In this document: positions 54,739 to 64,000 of the stretch, one piece after another
Layout of the letters: each line of letters starts with the position of its first letter
How positions within the stretch are numbered: the stretch's first letter is position 1
Assembly: GCA_964016885.1 (NCBI GenBank)
Contig: OZ024755.1
Span: forward strand, 40,548,001-40,612,000
Source: Eledone cirrhosa
Lineage: Eukaryota
Direction: 5' to 3'
Length of the DNA stretch: 64,000 nt
The notes under the pieces: generated by a model
The model's input: the letters and a program-made list of their open reading frames with translations, nothing else
Database searches by the model: none
What the model was told of the DNA's origin: nothing
Translations under genes and position numbers: made by a program

Positions 54739-57700
54739 CAAGTAAGTATGTTATATATATATATATATAACGGCGATGTATTTGTTTTGCAACGTTTTTT
54801 ATATGAAATCGTGTCTTGAAACATATATTGTTATTTTAGAATCATTTTAGTCATTTATGATGCCGTTTTAGCTATTTTAGAGTACCTATTTTAGAGTCAT
54901 TTTAGTCACTTATGAAGCTGTTTTAGCCATTTTAGAGTCATTTTAGTCGTTTATGATGCCGTTTTAGATATTTTAGAGTCATTTTAGTCACTTATGATGC
55001 CGTTTTCGCCATTTTAGAGTCATTTTAGTCGTTTATGGTGCCGTTTTAGAGTCATTTTGGTCATTTATGATGCCGTTTTAGCTATTTTAGAATCATTTTA
55101 GTCATTTATGATGCCGATTTAGTTATTTTAGTATCATTTTAGTCACTTATGATTCCGTTTTCGCCATTTCAGAGTGTTTTTAGTCATTTATGGTGCCATT
55201 TCAGAGTCATTTTAGTCATTTATAATGCGTTTTAGAGTCATTTTAGTCATTTATGATGCCGTTTTAGCTACTTTAGAGTCATTTAATCATTTATGATGCC
55301 GTTTTAGCCATTTTAGAGTCATTTTAGTCATTTATGTTGTCGTTTTCGCCACTTTAGAGTCATTTTAGTCAATTATGATGCCGTTTTAGCCATCTTGGAG
55401 TCATTTTAGTCATTTATAATGCCGTTTTCTTCATTTTAGAGTCATTTTAGACATTTGTGATGCCGTTTTACCTATTTAAGAGTCATTTTAGTCATTTGTG
55501 ATGTCGTTTTAACTATTTTAGAGTCATTTTAGTCATTTATGGTGCTGTTTTCGCCATTTTAGAGTCATTTTAGTCATTTATGGTGCCGTTTTATCTATTT
55601 TAGTGTCATTTTAGTCATTTATTATGTCGTTTTCGTTAGTTTAGAATAATTTTAGTCATTTATGATGCCGTTTTAGCTATTTAAGAGTCATTTTAGTCAT
55701 TTGTAATGTCGTTTTAGCTATTTTAGAGACATTTCAGTCATTTATGATGCCGTTTTAGCAATTTTAGTGTCATTTTAGTCATTTATGATACCGTTTTCGC
55801 CATTTTAGAGTCATTTTAGTCATTTATGGTGCCGTTTTAGAGACATTTTAGTCATTTATGATGCCGTTTTAGCTATTTTAGAGTCATTTTAGTCATTTAT
55901 GATGCAGTCTTCCCTATTCTAGAGTCATTTTAGTCATTTATGTCGCCGTTTTAGCTATTTCAGAGTCTTTCTAGTCATTCATGATGCCGTTTTAACGATT
56001 TTAGAGTCATTTTAGTCATTTATGGTGCCGTTTTAGAGTCATGGCATCATAAATGACTAAAATGACACTAAAGTAGCTAAAACGGCACCATAAATTACTA
56101 AAATGACTCTAAAATGGCGAACGGCATCAGAAATGACTAAAATGACTGTAAAGTGGCGAAATCTTCAACATAAATGTATAAAATGACTCTGAAATAGCTA
56201 AAACGGCATAATAACAGATTAAATGACTCTAAAACGGCATCATAAACGACTAATATGACCCTAAAATGGCTAAAAGGGCATCATAAATGACTAAAATGAC
56301 TCTAAAATAGCTACTCTAAAATAGCTAAAACGGCACCTTAAATGACTGAAATGACTCCAAAATGGCAAAAATGGCACCATAAATAACTAAAATAACCCTA
56401 AAATGGCTAAAACGGCATCATAAATGACTAAAATGACTCTAAAATAGCTAAAACGACACCATAAATAACTAAAATGATGAAAACGGCATCATAAATGACT
56501 AAAATAACTCTAAAATAGCTAAAACGGCGACATAAAACACTAAAATGACTCTAAAATAGCTAAAACGGCACCATAAATGACTAAAATGACTCCAAAATGG
56601 CGAAAACGGCACCATAAATAACTAAAATGATGAAAACGGCATCATAAATTACTAAAATGACTCTAAAATGGCTAAAACGGCATCATAAATTACTAAAATG
56701 ACTCTAAAATGGCGAAAACCGCACCATAAATGATTAAATGACTTTTAAATTGCTAAAATCGATCATAAATGAATAAAATGACACTTTATTGCCTAAAACT
56801 GCATCATAAATGACTGAAAATGACCCCAAAATGGCTAAAACGGCATCATAAATGACTGAAATAGCATCATAATTGAAGAAAATGATACTAAAACGGCGTC
56901 ATAAATGATGAAAATGACTAAAACGGCAACATAAATGACTAAAATGACTCTAACATGGCTAAAACGGCATCATAAATGACTAAAATGACTCAACATAGCT
57001 AAAACGGCATCATAAATGACTAAAACGGCATCATAAATGACTCAAATGACTCTAAAATAGCTAAAACGGCGCCATAAATGAGTAAAATGACTCTAAAATC
57101 GCGAAAATGCCATCATAAATGACTAAAATGGCATCATAAATGACTAACATGACACTAAAATAGCTAAAACGGCATCATAAATGACTAAAATGACTCTAAA
57201 ATAATTCAAACGCCATAATAAATGACTAAAATGATTCTAAAATAGCTATAACGGCATCATAAATGATGAAAATGACTAATATGCTGAAAACGACACCATA
57301 GATGACTAAAATGACTCTAAAATGTCAAAAACGGCATCATAAATGATTAAATGACTCTAAAATAATTAAAACGGCATCATAAATGACGAAAATTACTCTA
57401 AAATAGCTAAAAAGGTCATAAATGACTAAAATGACTCTAAAATAGCTACTCTAAAATAGCTAAAACGGCACCATAAATGGCTAAAATGACTCAAAAATTG
57501 GGAAAACGGAACCATAAATGACTAAAATGACTCTAAAATATCTAAAACGGCATCATAAATGACTAAAATTACTCTAAAATAGCTAAAACGGCATCATAAA
57601 TTACTAAAATGACCCTTAAATAGCTAAAACGGCAACATAAATGACTAAAATGACTCTAAAATGGCGAAAACGGCACCATAAATTACTAAAACGGCATCAT

Positions 57701-57980
57701 AAATTACTTAAATGAGACTAAAATAGCTAAAACGGCATCATAAATGACTAAAATGACTCTAAAATAGCCTAAACGGCATCATAAATGATTAAAATGACTC
57801 TAAAATGGCTAAAACGGCATCATAAATGACTAAAATGACACTTAAAAGGCGAAAACCGCACCACATATGATTAAATGACCTTTAAATTGCTAAAACCGAT
57901 CATAAATGAATAAAATGACTCTTAAATGCCTAAAACTGCATCATAAATGACTGAAAATGACCCCAAAATGGCTAAAACGG

Positions 57981-58493
57981 TGTAGTGACCTACATTCCGC
58001 GGGCTCACATACATTCTCTGTGCGTGATTTGGTTCAGCTCAGCCAATCAGCGCCAGTAGAAGAGGATGTATCCCTACGCGTTCTGAGGGAGAAATAGCCC
58101 GCAAAGATTTGAGGACGCTATCACTTCCAGCTAGACCGTGCTAAGGTAAAACACCACTTGTTCTTTTGCTCCGCCAGCACAAACAATATGTAAAGACACA
58201 ACAAACATTACTACGGAATTGGCTAAACGCCTCAGCCAGTCGACCGTATTTTCTCTTGTAATCTTAATTGATTTGTTTTATTTCTCTTGGCATGCCAGCT
58301 CAACCTCTGTTAATAAATAATGTAAAACCAAGCTAAAGTCGTTGTCGATATTCCTATCATATCTTTCTACCAAACCTGGTTTCTCGTGGCAACACTACAA
58401 CTCTCGAAATATACTTCTCTGCTAAATTGGTACTTATATACCTCAACCAAATTGGTGACTTATATTCAACAAAGAGAAACATTCCTTTACTTT
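57981..58493 (+). mobile_element. Solo-LTR-like insert (LTR 57981-58399 plus 94 bp), copy 1
   Basis: TGTAGTG...CACTACA inverted termini, CCAAT and AATAAA. Whole insert flanked by aacgg; empty site at about 56830-56860. Confidence 0.75.
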
Positions 58494-60705
58494 AACGGCA
58501 TCATAAATGACTGAAATAGCATCATAAATGAAGAAAATGATACTAAAACGGCATCATAAATTATGAAAATGACTAAAAGGGCATCAGAAATGACTAAAAT
58601 AAGTCTAAAATATCGAAAACGGCATCATTAATGACTAAAATGACTCTAAAATGGCTAAAACGGCATCATAAATGACTAAAATGACTCAACATAGCTAAAT
58701 CGGCATCATAAATGACTAAAACGGCATCATAAATGACTAAAATGACACTAAAATAGCTAAAACGGCATCATAAATGACTAAAATGACTCTAAAATGGCGA
58801 AAACGTCACCATAAATGACTCAAATGGCATCATAAATGAAGAAAATGATACTAAAACGGCATCATAAATGATGAAAATGATTAAAACGGCATCATGAATG
58901 ACTAAAATGACTCTGAAATGGCGAAAACAGCACCATAAATGACTAAAACGGCATCATAAATGATTTAATGAGACTAAAATAGCTAAAACGTCATCATAAA
59001 TGACTGAAATGACTCTAAAATGGCAAAAACGGCACTATAAATGACTGAAATAACATCATAAATGAAGAAAATGATACTAAAACGGCATCATAAAAGATGA
59101 AAATGACTAAAACGGCGTCATAAATGACTAAATGACTCTAAAATAGCTAAAACGGCGACATAAATGACTAAAATGACTCTAAAATAGCTAAAACGGCACC
59201 ATAAATGACTAAAATGACTCCAAAATGGCGAAAACGGCACCATAAATAACTAAAATGATGAAAACGGCATCATAAATTACTAAAATGACTCTAAAATGGC
59301 TAAAACGGCATCATAAATTACTAAAATGACTCTAAAATGGCGAAAACCGCACCATAAATGATTAAATGACTTTTAAATTGCTAAAATCGATCATAAATGA
59401 ATAAAATGACACTTTATTGCCTAAAACTGCATCATAAATGACTGAAAATGACCCCAAAATGGCTAAAACGGCATCATAAATGACTGAAATAGCATCATAA
59501 TTGAAGAAAATGATACTAAAACGGCGTCATAAATGATGAAAATGACTAAAACGGCAACATAAATGACTAAAATGACTCTAACATGGCTAAAACGGCATCA
59601 TAAATGACTAAAATGACTCAACATAGCTAAAACGGCATCATAAATGACTAAAACGGCATCATAAATGACTCAAATGACTCTAAAATAGCTAAAACGGCGC
59701 CATAAATGAGTAAAATGACTCTAAAATCGCGAAAATGCCATCATAAATGACTAAAATGGCATCATAAATGACTAACATGACACTAAAATAGCTAAAACGG
59801 CATCATAAATGACTAAAATGACTCTAAAATAATTCAAACGCCATAATAAATGACTAAAATGATTCTAAAATAGCTATAACGGCATCATAAATGATGAAAA
59901 TGACTAATATGGTGAAAACGACACCATAGATGACTAAAATGACTCTAAAATGTCTAAAACGGCATCATAAATGATTAAATGACTCTAAAATAATTAAAAC
60001 GGCATCATAAATGACGAAAATTACTCTAAAATAGCTAAAAAGGTCATAAATGACTAAAATGACTCTAAAATAGCTACTCTAAAATAGCTAAAACGGCACC
60101 ATAAATGGCTAAAATGACTCAAAAATGGGGAAAACGGAACCATAAATGACTAAAATGACTCTAAAATATCTAAAACGGCATCATAAATGACTAAAATTAC
60201 TCTAAAATAGCTAAAACGGCATCATAAATTACTAAAATGATCCTTAAATAGCTAAAACGGCATCATAAATGACTAAAATGACTCTAAAATGGGTAAAACA
60301 GCTTCATAAATGACTAAAATGGCTCTAAAATAGCTACTCTAAAATAGCTAAAATGCCAACATAAATGACTAAAATGACTCTAAAATGGCGAAAACGGCAC
60401 CATAAATTATTAAAACGGCATCATAAATGACTTAAATGAGACTAAAATAGCTAAAACGGCATCATAAATGACTAAAATGACTCTAAAATAGCCTAAACAG
60501 CATCATAAATGATTAAAATGACTCTAAAATGGCTAAAACGGCATCATAAATGACTAAAATGACACTAAAATGGCGAAAACCGCACCACATATGACTAAAA
60601 TGACTTTTAAATTGCTAAAACCGATCATAAATGAATAAAATGACTCTTAAATGCCTAAAACTGCATCATAAATGACTGAAAATGACCCCAAAATGGCTAA
60701 AACGG

Positions 60706-61218
60706 TGTAGTGACCTACATTCCGCGGGCTCACATACATTCTCTGTGCGTGATTTGGTTCAGCTCAGCCAATCAGCGCCAGTAGAAGAGGATGTATCCCT
60801 ACGCGTTCTGAGGGAGAAATAGCCCGCAAAGATTTGAGGACGCTATCACTTCCAGCTAGACCGCGCTAAGGTAAAACACCACTTGTTCTTTTGCTCCGCC
60901 AGCACAAACAATATGTAAAGACACAACAAACATTACTACGGAATTGGCTAAACGCCTCAGCCAGTCGACCGTATTTTCTCTTGTAATCTTAATTGATTTG
61001 TTTTATTTCTCTTGGCATGCCAGCTCAACCTCTGTTAATAAATAATGTAAAACCAAGCTAAAGTCGTTGTCGATATTCCTATCATATCTTTCTACCAAAC
61101 CTGGTTTCCCGTGGCAACACTACAACTCTCGAAATATACTTCTCTGCTAAATTGGTACTTATATACCTCAACCAAATTGGTGACTTATATTCAACAAAGA
61201 GAAACATTCCTTTACTTT
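60706..61218 (+). mobile_element. Solo-LTR-like insert, copy 2 (segmental duplicate)
   Basis: Nearly identical to 57981-58493 with the same flanks; offset 2725. Confidence 0.75.
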
Positions 61219-61725
61219 AACGGCATCATAAATGACTGAAATAGCATCATAAATGAAGAAAATGATACTAAAACGGCATCATAAATTATGAAAATGACTA
61301 AAAGGGCATCAGAAATGACTAAAATAAGTCTAAAATATCGAAAACGGCATCATAAATGACTAAAATGACTCTAAAATGGCTAAAACGGCATCATAAATGA
61401 CTAAAATGACTCAACATAGCTAAATCGGCATCATAAATGACTAAAACGGCATCATAAATGACTAAAATGACACTAAAATAGCTAAAACGGCATCATAAAT
61501 GACTAAAATGACTCTAAAATGGCGAAAACGTCACCATAAATGACTCAAATGGCATCATAAATGATGAAAATGATTAAAACGGCATCATGAATGACTAAAA
61601 TGACTCTAAAATGGCGAAAACAGCACCATAAATGACTAAAACGGCATCATAAAAGATGAAAATGACTAAAACGGCGTCATAAATGACTAAATGACTCTAA
61701 AATAGCTAAAACGGCGCCATAAATG

Positions 61726-62222
<497 letters not shown>

Positions 62223-63425
62223 AACGGCAGCATAAATGACTAAAATGACTCTAAAATAGCTAAGACTGCATTATAAATTACTTAAATGACTCTTAAATAG
62301 CTAAAACGGCATCATAAATGACTAAAATGATTCTAAATTAGCGAAAACGGCATCATAAATGACTAAAATGACTCTAAAATAGCTAAAACGGCACCATAAA
62401 TGACTAAAATGCCTCTAAAATGGCGAAAACGGCACCATAAATGACTAAAATGACCCGTAAATAGTAAAAACGGCATCATAAATGACTAAAATAACTCTAA
62501 AATAGCTAAAACGGCGACATAAATGACTAAAATGACACTAAAATAGGGAAAACGGCACCATAAATGACTAAAATGACTCTAAAACGGTTAAAACGGCATC
62601 ATAAATGACTGAAATAGCATCATAAATGAAGAAAATGATACTAAAACGGCATCATAAATTATGGAAATGACTAAAAGGGCATCAGAAATGACTAAAATAA
62701 GCCTAAAATATCGAAAACGGCATCATAAATGACTAAAATGATTCTAAAATGGCTAAAACGGCATCATGAATGACTAAAATGACTCAACATAGCTAAAACG
62801 GCATCATAAATGACTAAAACGGCATCATAAATGACTAAAATGACACTAAAATAGCTAAAACGGCATCATAAATGACTAAAATGACTCTAAAATGGCGAAA
62901 ACGGCACCATAAATGACTCAAATAGCATCATAAATGAAGAAAATGATACTAAAACGGCATCATAAATGATGAAAATGATTAAAACGGCATCATAAATGAT
63001 GAAAATGATTAAAACGGCATCATAAATGACTAAATGACTCTAAAATAGCTAAAACGGCATCATAAATGACTAAAATGACTCTAAAATGGCGAAAACGGCG
63101 CCATAAATGACTAAAACGGCATCATAAATGACTTAAATGAGACTAAAATAGCTAAAACGGCATCATAAATGACTAAAATGACTCTAAAATGGCGAAAACG
63201 GCACCATAAATGACTCAAATAGCATCATAAATGAAGAAAATGATACTAAAACAGCATCATAAAAGATGAAAATGACTAAAACGGCGTCATGAATTACTGA
63301 AATGACTCTAAAATAGCTAAAACGGCGTCATGAATGACTAAATGACTCTAAAATAGCTAAAACGGCGCTATAAATGTTCGTAACAAGTGAGAAATACTCG
63401 AGAGGCAGAAGGGGAAATTAACACG

Positions 63426-63528
<103 letters not shown>

Positions 63529-63794
63529 CTTTTTCATAAGCTTTTTCGAATTTTCATTGAGGATTTTTAGTGACTTATATCGCAATGTTATATTCATGAT
63601 TTGATATATTGACGATGTCATAGATGTGTGTGACGAAATAAGTATATTTATATTTATATTTATTAACTGGTGGTCAATCAATGATAAACATTGATTGTAA
63701 GCTGAATTATTTATAGAAATATAAAAATATGCTGAAGCGAAAACCAAACCAAACAGAGCGAGTGTTTTATTATATTTTTCTGGCAATATTATAA

Positions 63795-63924
63795 GTTACG
63801 TCCCTTTACGATCTGAGTTCAAATCCCGCCGAGGTTGACTTCTGCTTTTCATCCTTACGGGGTCGATAAAATAAAGTACCAGTAATGCACTGGATAATTG
63901 CTGGCCTTGTGCCAAAAGTAGAAA
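63795..63924 (+). mobile_element. 5'-truncated family 1 SINE with 11-bp TSD
   Basis: caatattataa at 63784-63794 and 63925-63935; single copy at the paralogous empty site 62206-62216. Confidence 0.93.
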
Positions 63925-64000
63925 CAATATTATAACAATATAACGGCACCATAAATTACTAAAATGACTCTAAAATATCTAAAACGGCATCATAAATGAC

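Overview
Gene-poor, repeat-saturated eukaryotic DNA. The SINE families and heavy (TA)n/(CA)n load suggest a cephalopod such as Octopus; this is an inference. No intact protein-coding gene is supportable, and almost all ORFs in the track are microsatellite artefacts. About two thirds of the window is tandem arrays: an 18/20-bp satellite of 17 kb, 29-bp, G-rich ~35-bp, (GGT/AGT)n, 38-bp, 19-bp, 35-bp and 41-bp arrays. The rest is tRNA-derived SINEs, a decayed RTE-type LINE, a Penelope-like ORF fragment and a duplicated solo-LTR-like insert. The main hidden signal is more than a dozen candidate type I hammerhead ribozymes (intact or decayed). They sit in short non-coding elements next to (TA)n tracts and often form fold-back inverted repeats. 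One family has two copies 46 kb apart (2660 + and 49254 -) with compensatory stem changes. Another carries a U3-A8 core covariation. This looks like a diverse set of non-autonomous Penelope-like or retrozyme-like elements that favour (TA)n. Several minisatellites can also be traced to amplified pieces of SINEs or a LINE. All structures were read by eye; nothing was computed or searched.
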